A stretch of DNA of 64,000 nucleotides from assembly GCA_963668175.1 (NCBI GenBank), contig OY764159.1:736001-800000 (forward strand), in the 5' to 3' direction. Shown piece after piece: positions 29,978 to 39,538 of the stretch; the stretch's first letter is position 1, and every line of letters starts with the position of its first letter. Both the position numbers and the translations under genes were made by a program. This stretch comes from Syntrophales bacterium (GTDB lineage: Bacteria > Desulfobacterota > Syntrophia > Syntrophales > PHBD01). The notes beneath the pieces were generated by a model. The model had not been told where the DNA came from. It searched no databases and saw nothing but the letters and a program-made list of their open reading frames with translations.

Positions 29978-30307
29978 ATGCCGAATGATTTTCCCGGACA
30001 ATACGACGGCGTGAGCGTGATTTGCAAAGCGAATATCTATTTTGACGGCAAGGTCGTCAGCCATTCGGTTCTCTTTCCGGACGGCAGCAAGAAAACCCTC
30101 GGCCTCATCTTTCCGGGCCACTTCCTATTCAATACCGATGCACCGGAACGGATGGACATCACCGCCGGGGCCTGCAAGGTCAAGCTGGCAGGCGAGGAGC
30201 GGTGGAATGTCTATCAGGCGGGGATGTCTTTTAAGGTCCCCGGCAAATCGTCCTTCGAGATCACCGTGAGCGACGGCGTTGCCGAATATGTATGCTCATA
30301 CGAATGA
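29978..30307 (+). CDS. ppnP: pyrimidine/purine nucleoside phosphorylase (DUF1255)
   Basis: [23 protein letters not shown] and F.VPG.S.F. Confidence 0.88.
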   Translation: MPNDFPGQYDGVSVICKANIYFDGKVVSHSVLFPDGSKKTLGLIFPGHFLFNTDAPERMDITAGACKVKLAGEERWNVYQAGMSFKVPGKSSFEITVSDGVAEYVCSYE

Positions 30308-30343
30308 GCCGAATAGTCCTTCATTAACGGAGGCGACAGTGTC

Positions 30344-30622
30344 ATGTTGACGATCAGTCCGGAGGCCCGTCGTTACGCCCTTGAGAAAGGGGCATCGTTG
30401 TTCCTCGAATATCTCACAGTGAACAACTGCTGTATCCCATTTCAGACGGAGCCGTCCGTCCGGTACGGCAAACCTCACGATCCGGAACATTATCAGAAAG
30501 CGGAAATCGAAGGTATCGACGTCTACATTCCGCTGGACTTGCCGGATGTTCCTCTAGCAATAGAATTGAATACGTTCATTGGATTGAAAAGACTGGTCGT
30601 TACCGGCTGGCGTCATGCCTGA
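30344..30622 (+). CDS. HesB-like CC/Se-motif family small protein (Cys-Cys form)
   Basis: I...A..Y, NNCC..P.V..GKP, .GI.VY and L.V.G pattern. Confidence 0.65.
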   Translation: MLTISPEARRYALEKGASLFLEYLTVNNCCIPFQTEPSVRYGKPHDPEHYQKAEIEGIDVYIPLDLPDVPLAIELNTFIGLKRLVVTGWRHA

Positions 30623-30725
30623 GGGAGGATGACCCAAGCAAAGAATCCTGAGTCCCGCTATCATGCTCATCTGATCGGCAAATCGGGGGGGGTGCGCTGA
30701 AGCGAAGATAGAGACGGGAGGTTAT

Positions 30726-31574
30726 ATGACAGGGGAACAAGGGGATGTCTTTCATCTCATAGAAAAGATCGACAGGGTTATGGCCGGGAAGATCCGCATG
30801 GACACGCTCGGCGATGCCGTTTTTGAAACGCTCGATAATGTGAATGCCAGCCGGAAATCCATCGAGGCGATTCAGTCCATGATCAGCAACGATATTCTGG
30901 CCCGGCTTTTCTCTTTCGCCAACTCGTCCTATCTGGGAAGCTTAAGGCACGGGAAGGCCTCCAATTTTTTTGACGTGGTCAGCCGCCTCGGTCTGAGCCG
31001 TACGAAGACCCTCATCGTAACCCTGGCGAGCTATCACCAGTGCCAAAACGACCCGGACATCGAGTTAATCTTTGCTAAATCTTATGCAACGTCGATCATG
31101 GCCCAGATCCTGGCGGGCCAGGCGGGATTCCGGGACGAAGCAATCAAAAAAGCCGAATTGAGCGGTCTGTTCCTGGAAATCGGCAAGAAGACCTTGCTCC
31201 TTTATAAGAAGATATACGCCGACGAGCGTGAGCGGCTGGATGATGAATTCATCGATGCCTATCACCCTTACCTGGGGGAGATGATCGTCCGTCGTTACGG
31301 TCTGCCCGATTATCTGAAGACAGTGATCCTGGCGAGGATGGTCATCATGGAGGAGAATCAGATTTCCCTGATAGGGATTGTCCGGATGGCCCACGATATG
31401 GTGGAAACCAGTTTTAGGAAATACCAGAACCGGCTGGTGGTCAAATGCCAGACGCCGCGGCCGGCCACGGATGTAACAAGGACCCTTGAGGCCATCATGG
31501 CGGACCGGTTCAAAGCAGTCGGCCTGGAAAAATACCTGCACATCATCAGAATTCCCAGAATATACGATATTTGA
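30726..31574 (+). CDS. HDOD-domain protein
   Basis: D..L.RL...ANS, V.RLG, GLF.EIGK and H..LG......YGLP. Confidence 0.78.
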   Translation: MTGEQGDVFHLIEKIDRVMAGKIRMDTLGDAVFETLDNVNASRKSIEAIQSMISNDILARLFSFANSSYLGSLRHGKASNFFDVVSRLGLSRTKTLIVTLASYHQCQNDPDIELIFAKSYATSIMAQILAGQAGFRDEAIKKAELSGLFLEIGKKTLLLYKKIYADERERLDDEFIDAYHPYLGEMIVRRYGLPDYLKTVILARMVIMEENQISLIGIVRMAHDMVETSFRKYQNRLVVKCQTPRPATDVTRTLEAIMADRFKAVGLEKYLHIIRIPRIYDI

Positions 31575-31673
31575 TGCCATCGACAGATGATCGATGAGGG
31601 CGTGGCGACCACCATGCCTTTTCCCTTTTCAGCCGCGGCGGGAGGAAAGAATCCGCAGGAAAGCAGGGGCGTC

Positions 31674-32126
31674 CTAAGGTTTAGGCCAGAGGATCATCTG
31701 GGTACAACGGAAGAGGCAGAGCTTATGGTCCGTTTCCTCCGCCTTCACCGTGGCGTCCCAGACCTGGATATGACGGCCGGACTGGACGAGTTCGGCCTCG
31801 CAGGTGATGCCTCCTTCCCGGACGGTACCCAGAAAGTTGCACTTGAGTTCGACGGTGGTAAAGAGCGAGGCCCCGTCCGGCAAATGGGCCACGGTGCCCA
31901 TGCCGCAGCACGTATCGGCGAGGGCGACGATCGTGGCGGCATGAAGGAAGCCGTGGGGGGCCATCAGGGATTGCTGTACCTTCAATCGGCCATTAATGGC
32001 GCCTTCACTTAAAGCCACGATTTCCATACCGACAAGTTCAGGGAGATAGCCCTTCATTACTTCGCGCAGGATTTCGATCGTCACTTCCGGCCGCAGGCGG
32101 GGCGATTGTTCCGTGCGGTTTTCCAT
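31674..32126 (-). CDS. PaaI-family hot-dog thioesterase (ATG at 32126)
   Basis: P.GFLHA...ALADT, T.ELK.NFL and V.D; RBS AAGGAGG. Confidence 0.87.
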   Translation of the reverse strand: MENRTEQSPRLRPEVTIEILREVMKGYLPELVGMEIVALSEGAINGRLKVQQSLMAPHGFLHAATIVALADTCCGMGTVAHLPDGASLFTTVELKCNFLGTVREGGITCEAELVQSGRHIQVWDATVKAEETDHKLCLFRCTQMILWPKP

Positions 32127-32253
32127 GAATCCCTCCTTATTGGTGATGGGTTGATCAGTCTGCAAGAGCGACACGGGCGGAGCGCAGTAAATTCCGATAG
32201 CTTCAAGCGATCTGCACCTTGCTTGTAGCATTCAAGGTATTCCTGCTTCCCTT

Positions 32254-33132
32254 CTAATCTTTCCGGTTCTCTGCCCAACTCACGATATATTCTGTCGATT
32301 TGTCCGGCCTGGCGATGTCCGGTTCCCGGACGGCCCATGCACCCTTCAGTCCCTGTTCCAGCGCCGTCAGCGCAAAATGGCACATGGCGATGCCCATATC
32401 CACGCGCTGCAGGTCAGCAAGCTTGAGCAGTTTGAAGGTGAAGCTGCTTTTACCGTATCCCGGGGTGCGCTGGAGGAAGAAGTGCCAGTTGTCCCCTTTT
32501 CGGACGATACGCCATGGCTGCTTGTTCGAGGCCGACGGTCCGATGCGCACCATATCGAGAACTGAAGCGTATGCTCCGGCGTCTTGGCGGGTAAGAGGAA
32601 CCCCTAATTCCTCCTTGAAGAACAATTCATCCCAGGCCTTCCGATGGTCCGCATCGACCATCCGACGCATCTCGCCCTCCAATTTTCCCCTGCCGGCGAT
32701 ATAACCCAGGGATGCCACTGCAGGGATGGACTCGTCCGGCTTCACGCCAATCTTCGCGGCAAACCGGCTCTTTGTAAAAGTCCCCCCCAGCCAGCATGTC
32801 CCCAGTCCCAGGTCGGTAGCTTTCAATATAACCTGTTCCATCATGCAGCCGAAATCTTCCAGGTTTTTGTCCGCTTGTGAAACGGCGCCGATGATAAAGC
32901 CGGATGCCCCTTTGATGACCCCGTAGGTTCCCAATCCCCTCAAAGAACTGCGGTCCCGCTCCGTTGCCGCCGCAATTTGAAACCGGACCGGCGTACCCAG
33001 GGGACCTTTCGTGAGCGGCGGCAAATAAGTGGCGAGACTTTCCAGGTCGGCGGAAGCAATGGTTTTCTGCTGGTATGTCCGGCAGGAATAACGCCTGCTT
33101 ATGACTTCGGCGACGGGTCTGCTTAAAAGCAT
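32254..33132 (-). CDS. nitroreductase family protein (two-domain)
   Basis: RYSCRTY, GLGTCWLGG, PSASNKQPW and DMGIAMCHF. Confidence 0.87.
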   Translation of the reverse strand: MLLSRPVAEVISRRYSCRTYQQKTIASADLESLATYLPPLTKGPLGTPVRFQIAAATERDRSSLRGLGTYGVIKGASGFIIGAVSQADKNLEDFGCMMEQVILKATDLGLGTCWLGGTFTKSRFAAKIGVKPDESIPAVASLGYIAGRGKLEGEMRRMVDADHRKAWDELFFKEELGVPLTRQDAGAYASVLDMVRIGPSASNKQPWRIVRKGDNWHFFLQRTPGYGKSSFTFKLLKLADLQRVDMGIAMCHFALTALEQGLKGAWAVREPDIARPDKSTEYIVSWAENRKD

Positions 33133-33332
33133 ACATCATCCCCCTGATGATCGGAAGAAGCGCTTTAGGGAAGGGCCCTGTCCTTATTGGTTCCTTCACC
33201 CCGGCTTTATTTTACAGAACCATCATGGCATAGAACAGCAGGATTGTAAATTAACTCCGTATTACAAAGACGTTTATCTTTGCTTCGGCCATATGTTGGT
33301 GTTACCATGATAGAAAAGAACAGGAGGTCCTG

Positions 33333-34430
33333 ATGTCAAACGATGCGCTCTTAAATCCAGTCAAAGTCGGCCGATACGAGCTTCCGAACCGGGTGTTCAT
33401 GGCACCGATGACGAGAAGCCGGGCGGATAATCCCGAAAATATTCCGACGTCCCTGATAGCCGAATACTATACCCAGCGGGCTTCTGCCGGCCTTATGATC
33501 AGCGAGGGCTCGCAGGTCTCGAAGCAGGCCGTCGGTTATATCCATACGCCGGGCATATACAGCCGGGCCCAGGTTGAAGGTTGGAAAACCGTCACCGCGG
33601 CCGTACACGAAAAGAAAGGCCATATCTTCTGCCAGCTTTGGCATTGCGGCCGAGTGTCCCATCCGGATTTTCACGGCGGCGAGCCCCCCGTTGCCCCTTC
33701 GGCGATCAACCCGAACTCGCAGTCCTTTACCCCGGAAGGATTCAAGGATACGGTAACGCCGCGCGCCCTGACCATAGACGAAATTCATGCCATTACGGTC
33801 GACTTCAGGAAAGCGGCGGAGAATACGATCGCTGCCGGCTTCGACGGTGTGGAGATCCATTCGGCGAACGGTTATCTCTTTCATCAGTTTTTCGCCAACT
33901 GTTCCAATATACGCACCGACGAATACGGCGGCAGCCACGAAAACAAGGCCCGTTTCTTCTTCGAAACCCTGGATGCCGTAGGCAAGGCCATAGGATTTGA
34001 CCGCGTGGGCATCCGGCTGAACCCATCGGCCCACAATTTCTTCGGCATCACGATCGACCGGGGCACCATTCCGACCTTCGAGCATATCACCGAGAGACTG
34101 AACGATTACACGGATCTCGCCTATGCGCATTTTGTCGAACCCATGAACCCGGTGGACGACGTACCTTATGCCGTAAAGGATATCGCCCGGCATTTCCGTC
34201 CCCGCTACAAGGGCACCATGGTGATCAACTGCCGTTTTAAGCAGGAAAGCGGCAACAGGGTGCTGGACGAGGGACTCGCCGACGCTGTCGCATTTGGGAA
34301 GGCCTTCATAGCGAACCCGGACCTCGTCGAACGCATCCGCCGGAAGGCGGCATGGGCCAAGTGGGACGACAAGACTTTCTATACGCCGGGCCCCAAGGGT
34401 TATACCGACTATCCTTTCCTCGACGGGTGA
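33333..34430 (+). CDS. Old Yellow Enzyme alkene reductase (NemA-like)
   Basis: MAPMTRSRA, YYTQRASAG, QLWH.GR, HSANGYL, RTDEYGGS and GYTDYP. Confidence 0.92.
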   Translation: MSNDALLNPVKVGRYELPNRVFMAPMTRSRADNPENIPTSLIAEYYTQRASAGLMISEGSQVSKQAVGYIHTPGIYSRAQVEGWKTVTAAVHEKKGHIFCQLWHCGRVSHPDFHGGEPPVAPSAINPNSQSFTPEGFKDTVTPRALTIDEIHAITVDFRKAAENTIAAGFDGVEIHSANGYLFHQFFANCSNIRTDEYGGSHENKARFFFETLDAVGKAIGFDRVGIRLNPSAHNFFGITIDRGTIPTFEHITERLNDYTDLAYAHFVEPMNPVDDVPYAVKDIARHFRPRYKGTMVINCRFKQESGNRVLDEGLADAVAFGKAFIANPDLVERIRRKAAWAKWDDKTFYTPGPKGYTDYPFLDG

Positions 34431-34595
34431 ATGGCGGGATGCGACGCCAATACGGATTACAATTTCCGAAAAGGTAGCGGCGATCTGATCGTCCGATCAT
34501 CTATCTCACGCATTCCGTCGCCGCAGGTGTCGTCTCTAAAAACCGGGCGCGGAACAACGATACCGTTATTCAGGCAAGTGATATTTTGCTTGACT

Positions 34596-34630
34596 TTATT
34601 TGACATACAAAATATACGTATGCCAAATAA
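34596..34630. promoter_or_regulatory. 13-bp inverted repeat, candidate repressor operator
   Basis: TTATTTGACATAC-N9-GTATGCCAAATAA (one mismatch); contains TTGACA and ends 19 nt before ATG 34650. Confidence 0.6.
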
Positions 34631-34649
34631 TATTCCCGGAGGTTTTCCC

Positions 34650-35405
34650 ATGGATGCAGTCGTCGAGGCAATCAGGGTCTTATGCGAACAGAACGGCATT
34701 CCCGTATTCGGCATCGGGGACGCGTCTCTCCTTGAAGCGGCGCCGGAGGGTTATCGGCCGTCCGACAATCTTCCCGGGGCGAAGAGCGTGGTGTGTCTGG
34801 GGATACCCGTGCCGAAAGGGGTCTTATGGCAAAACGGCCGGTCGAACGCCGTCTATGGGAGGACGGCCAATATTTACTACAGAAAGATGGATACCGTGCT
34901 GCTGCAGGCGGCATGCCTCCTGGAAACAACGGGTTCGTCGGCGTTGCCGGTCTTCGGCTGATTCCCCTATGACGTGAAAGGTCCGGGGGACTTTTGGGGT
35001 TATCTCGCTCTGCCGCAGATGGCGGAGGCGGTGGGATTGGGAAAGATCGGCGGGAACGGTCTTCTGTTTAACGCCGTATACGGTCCCCGGCTGATCCTGG
35101 GCGGCATCCTGACGTCGGCCGAACTGCCGGCAGCGGCCTGGCCGAAGCAGGACGAACAGGGCTGCCCGCCGGGCTGTTCCGCCTGCCGGGAGGCATGCCC
35201 GATCGGGGCAATCGATCCGGCAGGCAAGGTCAATCGGGTATCTTGCCTGTTGCATTCCATGGAAAGCCCGATCCTGTCCCATCTGATCAAGTCGAGGGAA
35301 TTCGGTCCTGCCGATATCGAGGGCGTCGTCAACACGGCGGGCATCGACGATCATTCGCTGTATAAATGTACCCGCTGCGTTTCCGCCTGTCCGTATCCTG
35401 GGTGA
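34650..35405 (+). CDS. QueG/reductive-dehalogenase-like 2x[4Fe-4S] protein with in-frame TGA at codon 104 (probable selenocysteine)
   Basis: Track ORFs 34431..34961 and 34974..35405 share one frame across TGA 34959-34961 (PVFG-*-FPYDVKG). P.D.LPGAKSVV, A.A.GLG.IG.N.L.....YG.RL, CxxCxxxCP and CxxCxxxCPY motifs; GGAGG RBS. Confidence 0.75.
34962..34999 (+). promoter_or_regulatory. candidate bacterial SECIS hairpin
   Basis: AAAGGTCC-GGG-GGACTTTT upper stem with a G loop starting 23 nt after the TGA; CCCC/GGGG lower stem. Confidence 0.6.
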
Positions 35406-35425
35406 AGGAGAAAGGGAGGTTTCCT

Positions 35426-35869
35426 GTGAACAGAGCGTGGCTCGCACCCTGCGGGTTGTATTGCGGGGCCTGTGGCGTCCTGATTGCGGACCGGACGCAT
35501 GACGACATCCTGAAGGGCAAGATGGCCAAGGCCTTCGGGGTCGCCGTCGAAGATATCCGATGCAATGGCTGCATGTCCGGGACGGTGTTCGTCTACTGCC
35601 GGACCTGCGCCGTCCGGAAATGCGCCGTGGAGAAGGGATATGAGGGGTGTTATCGGTGTGACGCCTTTCCCTGCGGGCATATAGAAAATTTCCCAGTCCC
35701 CGAGGGCAAGCGGATCATTCTGCGATCCATACCCGAATGGCGTACCCTGGGAACGGAAAAATGGACGGAAGGGGAAGAGAAACGCTATAGCTGCGCGAAC
35801 TGCGGCGCACCGCTGTTCAGGGGGGCCAGAAAGTGCCGCGCCTGCGAGACTCCCTTCATGGACATATGA
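35426..35869 (+). CDS. DUF3795-like Cys-rich protein with C-terminal zinc ribbon (GTG start at 35426)
   Basis: APCGLYCGAC, C.GC, C..C.VR.C, C..C..FPC and CANCG...CRAC; RBS GGGAGG. Confidence 0.82.
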   Translation: MNRAWLAPCGLYCGACGVLIADRTHDDILKGKMAKAFGVAVEDIRCNGCMSGTVFVYCRTCAVRKCAVEKGYEGCYRCDAFPCGHIENFPVPEGKRIILRSIPEWRTLGTEKWTEGEEKRYSCANCGAPLFRGARKCRACETPFMDI

Positions 35870-35995
35870 GAGGGAGACTGCGGGGCGCTTGCCGATTCTG
35901 ATATCCGTCGTGATCTTTCATCCCGAAGAAAAGCGGCTTCGCCGAACGGCCGTATATTGCCGGCGACAGCCTGAGGGTCGCTCCGGCAGCAGGTC

Positions 35996-36583
35996 CTATT
36001 GATGGTACTTGCGAATGACGGCGGTTATGACCCCGCCCAGGCGGAGTTCCGATCTCGCTTTGATAGGCGGATATTTGGGATTGGCGGCTTCCAGAATGAC
36101 GGTCTCCCCTTTGCGGGTAAAATACTTCATCGTCCATTCCCCATCCACGTCGGCGACGACGACATCGCCGCTCTTGGGTTCCCGCTCCCTGTCCACGATG
36201 ACCAAGTCGCCTTCCCTGATGCCCTCTCCGATCATGGAGTCCCCGGTGACCTTCAGGATATAAGAGGTTCCCGGTTTGGTCATCAGATAGTCCTCAAGGA
36301 CGAGGACATCCCTCAGTTCTTCCTCGGCGGGGGAGGGAAATCCGGCGGCGACGTTACCCACGACGGGGAGGCCCCCAAAGGAACCCGAAGGGATCAGGAA
36401 CCCTTTTTTGTCCTTGGCAAGGAAGCCGTTGGCCAGGAGCTTCCTGACCCAGAACTGAACAGCGCTTTTGGAGCGTACGTCCAGAAGTTCCATCATCTCC
36501 GTATAGGTTGGCATCCGTTTGCGGTCGTGAAAGAAGGCCGCTATCGCCTTCGCGACGGTCTGAATGGTACGTTTCTCGTTCAT
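35996..36583 (-). CDS. lexA: LexA-family repressor (S24 peptidase)
   Basis: N-terminal HTH (MPTY.EM...L...SKSAV), AG cleavage site in VAAGFP, GDSM catalytic Ser and TMK catalytic Lys. Confidence 0.85.
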   Translation of the reverse strand: MNEKRTIQTVAKAIAAFFHDRKRMPTYTEMMELLDVRSKSAVQFWVRKLLANGFLAKDKKGFLIPSGSFGGLPVVGNVAAGFPSPAEEELRDVLVLEDYLMTKPGTSYILKVTGDSMIGEGIREGDLVIVDREREPKSGDVVVADVDGEWTMKYFTRKGETVILEAANPKYPPIKARSELRLGGVITAVIRKYHQ

Positions 36584-36590
36584 GGAGGGT

Positions 36591-36619
36591 ATGTTATAGG
36601 ACGAACGTTCTATTGTCAA
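36591..36619 (-). promoter_or_regulatory. lexA promoter (TTGACA-N17-TAACAT) with embedded GAAC-N4-GTCC operator candidate
   Basis: Minus strand TTGACAatAGAACgttcGTCCTaTAACAT, then 7 nt, then ATG. Confidence 0.65.
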
Positions 36620-36655
36620 GGGGTAAAATCGGGGTATTTTAGCCGCCGGCGGGAA

Positions 36656-37561
36656 TCAGCTCCGGGGAGGTTTCAGAGCACGGACCACCTCTCTTGCCAC
36701 ACCGAGCAGATTATGGAGAACGAGGGAACGATTGTCGGCCAACCAGGCCATCTTGAGGACCGTTACGGCATCCCCGGCAATCGTCCGGAAGACCACCCCT
36801 TCGATCCGGGAGCGCTGCATGGAGGCAGGCATGATGGCCAGGCCGATTCCCGCGGCCACCAGACCGACGATCGTGTGAAACTGCGATGCCTCCAAGACGA
36901 CGTTGGGGCTGAAACCCTCCTGCTGGCAGAGGGCGATGATATGATCGAAGAAGCCGGGACCCCGCTGTCGCGGAATCATGATAAAGGGCTCCCGGGCGAG
37001 CAGGCGGAGCGGTAGGGGGTTTTCTCCCCGAAGGGCATGATTTCCAGGCATCGCCACCATCAGAGGTTCCCGAAAGATGGCTTCCGCGGCAATGCCTTCA
37101 TGCTCGATGCCTTGCGGCGGCCGGAGGAAGCCCACCTGTAATCTCCCGTCCTGGATGGCCTCAAGCTGCTGGCTCGTATTCATTTCCGTCAACGTAATCT
37201 CGACATCAGGAAAACGGCGGCGGAATTCCCGGATGACCTGGGGCAGCACGCTGTAATTGGCGGAGCCGATGAAACCCATCGCCAGCTGTCCAATCTCTCC
37301 CTTGTCGGCACGAATGGTCCTGTGCACGGCGTCTTCCGACATGGCCAGTATGCGCCGGGCCTCGGCCAGGAAGACCTGCCCCGCCGGGGTGAGTTCCACG
37401 CGCCGCTTGGTCCTGTTGAAAAGCCGGACGCCGATCTCTGCTTCCAGTTGCCTGATCTGCTGGCTCAGGGGCGGCTGGGAGATATTCAGTCTCTTTGCCG
37501 CCCGGCTGAAATGCAATTCCTCGGCAACGGCAATGAAGTAGTGTAGATGTCTCAGCTCCAT
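36656..37561 (-). CDS. LysR-family transcriptional regulator (BenM/AlsR-like)
   Basis: MELRHL.YF.AVAEELHF.RAA..L.ISQPPLSQQI HTH plus substrate-binding domain. Confidence 0.95.
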   Translation of the reverse strand: MELRHLHYFIAVAEELHFSRAAKRLNISQPPLSQQIRQLEAEIGVRLFNRTKRRVELTPAGQVFLAEARRILAMSEDAVHRTIRADKGEIGQLAMGFIGSANYSVLPQVIREFRRRFPDVEITLTEMNTSQQLEAIQDGRLQVGFLRPPQGIEHEGIAAEAIFREPLMVAMPGNHALRGENPLPLRLLAREPFIMIPRQRGPGFFDHIIALCQQEGFSPNVVLEASQFHTIVGLVAAGIGLAIMPASMQRSRIEGVVFRTIAGDAVTVLKMAWLADNRSLVLHNLLGVAREVVRALKPPRS

Positions 37562-37575
37562 AAATTCTTAAAACA

Positions 37576-37590
37576 TATCAAATTTAGATA
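37576..37590. promoter_or_regulatory. candidate LysR box
   Basis: TATC-N7-GATA dyad (T-N11-A) in the AT-rich divergent promoter between lysR and the ptb-like operon. Confidence 0.55.
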
Positions 37591-37698
37591 AATAATATAT
37601 TTTTGATTTCAGAGAAAGTATATTACCGTTCCGCATAAGTCAACGGTTAAATGAGACGTCATCTTTTACAGGATAAGCCTAGGAGAGGGGGATTGGCG

Positions 37699-38619
37699 AT
37701 GATCAGGTCGTTGAGCGATTTTGCCAGACTGGCAAAGGAAAAAGGACCGAAGAGAATGGCCGTGCTTGCTCCCGAGGACGAGGAGTTCATGCTGGCGGTC
37801 AAGAAGAGTCGGGACCTGGGCTACATTGAGCCCGTCCTTATCGGCAACGACGGGAAGATCGCCGATGTGGCGGCGGCCGTCGCTTTCGATACAACCCCAT
37901 TTCAGAAAATTTCCGGAGGCGGGCACCAGTCCATTTCCGATCTCGGAATCCGGATGCTCTTTTCCGGCGAGGCGCCTATTGCCGGCAAGGGACAGATTCC
38001 CACCTCCTACATCTACCGCTCCATCATCCGTGAGGAGGCGAAGGCCGTCTCGGGCATGACGGTGAGCGTCGTTACCTTCTGGGAAATCCCCGGGATCGAT
38101 CACCTGGTCGTCTTCACCGATACGGGTGTGAACATCAAGCCCGATCTCAAAGCCAAAGGCGAAATCATCAAGAACGCGGTCTTTGTTTACCATCTCCTCG
38201 GTTATCCTAAGCCGAAGATCGCCGTTCTGTCGGGCCAGCGCGATGTCGGCGGCGAGCTTGCCTCATACGCGGATTTCAAGGCACTTAAAGATGCTGCAGC
38301 AGCAGGAGAATTTGGTTCCTGCGAGATCGTGGCGGCGACTTCGTTCACCGATATCTTCCTCGGTGGGCGGGAAAGACGGGTCGATTACGGCCGGATCAGT
38401 GGCGAAGAGATGCCCCACATCCTCCTCGTACCTTGTCTGGATACGGGCAACATCATCTGCAAGCTCGACTTCTTTCTCGATGTGAACAGGAGCTCCCTGG
38501 TCGCAACTTCCCGGGGGCCGGTCTGTATCCCCGCCCGGTCCGATTTCAGCGACAGCATTGTACAGCAGATCGCCATGTGCGTCGTCCTGGCCGATCGCAT
38601 GGAAAAGGAGGTCAAGTAA
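37699..38619 (+). CDS. phosphate acyltransferase (Ptb-like) paralogue 1
   Basis: KG.IPT, TD.GVNI.PDL..K..II.NA, P.LDTGN...K and ARSD; ATG at 37699. Confidence 0.75.
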   Translation: MIRSLSDFARLAKEKGPKRMAVLAPEDEEFMLAVKKSRDLGYIEPVLIGNDGKIADVAAAVAFDTTPFQKISGGGHQSISDLGIRMLFSGEAPIAGKGQIPTSYIYRSIIREEAKAVSGMTVSVVTFWEIPGIDHLVVFTDTGVNIKPDLKAKGEIIKNAVFVYHLLGYPKPKIAVLSGQRDVGGELASYADFKALKDAAAAGEFGSCEIVAATSFTDIFLGGRERRVDYGRISGEEMPHILLVPCLDTGNIICKLDFFLDVNRSSLVATSRGPVCIPARSDFSDSIVQQIAMCVVLADRMEKEVK

Positions 38620-38620
38620 T

Positions 38621-39538
38621 ATGCTGAATACATTCAGAGATATTATAGACGCGGCCAGGCAGGGCGGGATCAGGAAAATGGTCGTTCCCAGCCCCCTTGC
38701 GGCCGATCTCCCTCCCCTCGCCGAAGCAACAAGTGCCGGGTTGGTTGTTCCCTGCTTCATCGGAGACGGCAAAATCCTGAAGAACCTGCTCAAAGATTCA
38801 AGGCTGGCGGCGGGAAGCTATGAACTGATCGAAGAGAAAGATTCCGCAAAGGTTCTGACACGGGCGATGGCTGCCGCCCGCGACGATGCCGGCGATATCC
38901 TCATGCAGGGCGGCATTCCTGCCGGGGAATTTCTGGATGCCGTCCGCGACAAGGAAGATGGCTTGGTGCCGAAAGGCGGAATCATGAGTTATGTTTCCGT
39001 TTTTCCTCTTCTGAAGAGAGAGAAGCTCATTCTCGTAACGGACACGCTGATTAACAACAATCCAACCCTGGTGGAAAAACAGCAGATCCTCAACAATGCC
39101 CTGAAACTGGCCGATATTCTGGGCTTCGAGACGCCGAAGACGGCCGTCCTCGCCGCCATCGAGCAGGTGAATCCCGGCATTCCCTCAACGCTGGATGCCG
39201 CTGTCCTTTCCAAGATGGGGGAACGGCGCCAGTTCGGGAAGGCCGTCGTGGAAGGGCCGCTTGATATCGACTGCGCCTTGAGCCAGACGGCGGCGGAAAG
39301 AAAGGGACTGCGCAGCGCCGTGACCGGCAACGTCGATATTTATCTGGTCCCTGAAGTCGACACGGGTCTTCTGCTGGCCGAGGCTCTCGTCTTTTTCGGC
39401 GGGATGAAGACCGCCGGCGCAGTTATGGGAACGGCCAAACCCGTCATCATGAACCTCCCTATCGTAGCCGCCGAAAACCGGATCGTGGAAATCGCCCTGG
39501 CGTGCCTGCGGGGCGGGAAAGGAGACCGGCATGGGTGA
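38621..39538 (+). CDS. phosphate acyltransferase (Ptb-like) paralogue 2
   Basis: TD..IN..P.L.EK.QI..NA, AAIEQVNP.IPSTLDAA.L.KM and EGPLDIDCA. Confidence 0.8.
   Translation: MLNTFRDIIDAARQGGIRKMVVPSPLAADLPPLAEATSAGLVVPCFIGDGKILKNLLKDSRLAAGSYELIEEKDSAKVLTRAMAAARDDAGDILMQGGIPAGEFLDAVRDKEDGLVPKGGIMSYVSVFPLLKREKLILVTDTLINNNPTLVEKQQILNNALKLADILGFETPKTAVLAAIEQVNPGIPSTLDAAVLSKMGERRQFGKAVVEGPLDIDCALSQTAAERKGLRSAVTGNVDIYLVPEVDTGLLLAEALVFFGGMKTAGAVMGTAKPVIMNLPIVAAENRIVEIALACLRGGKGDRHG

Noticed and set aside
30344..30622. CC/Se-motif protein as a selenoprotein
   Set aside because: The motif is encoded TGC TGT (Cys-Cys), with no in-frame TGA.
30629..30700. 23-aa ORF MTQAKNPESRYHAHLIGKSGGVR after GGGAGG
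   Set aside because: The SD abuts the ATG with no spacer and the peptide has no recognisable features.
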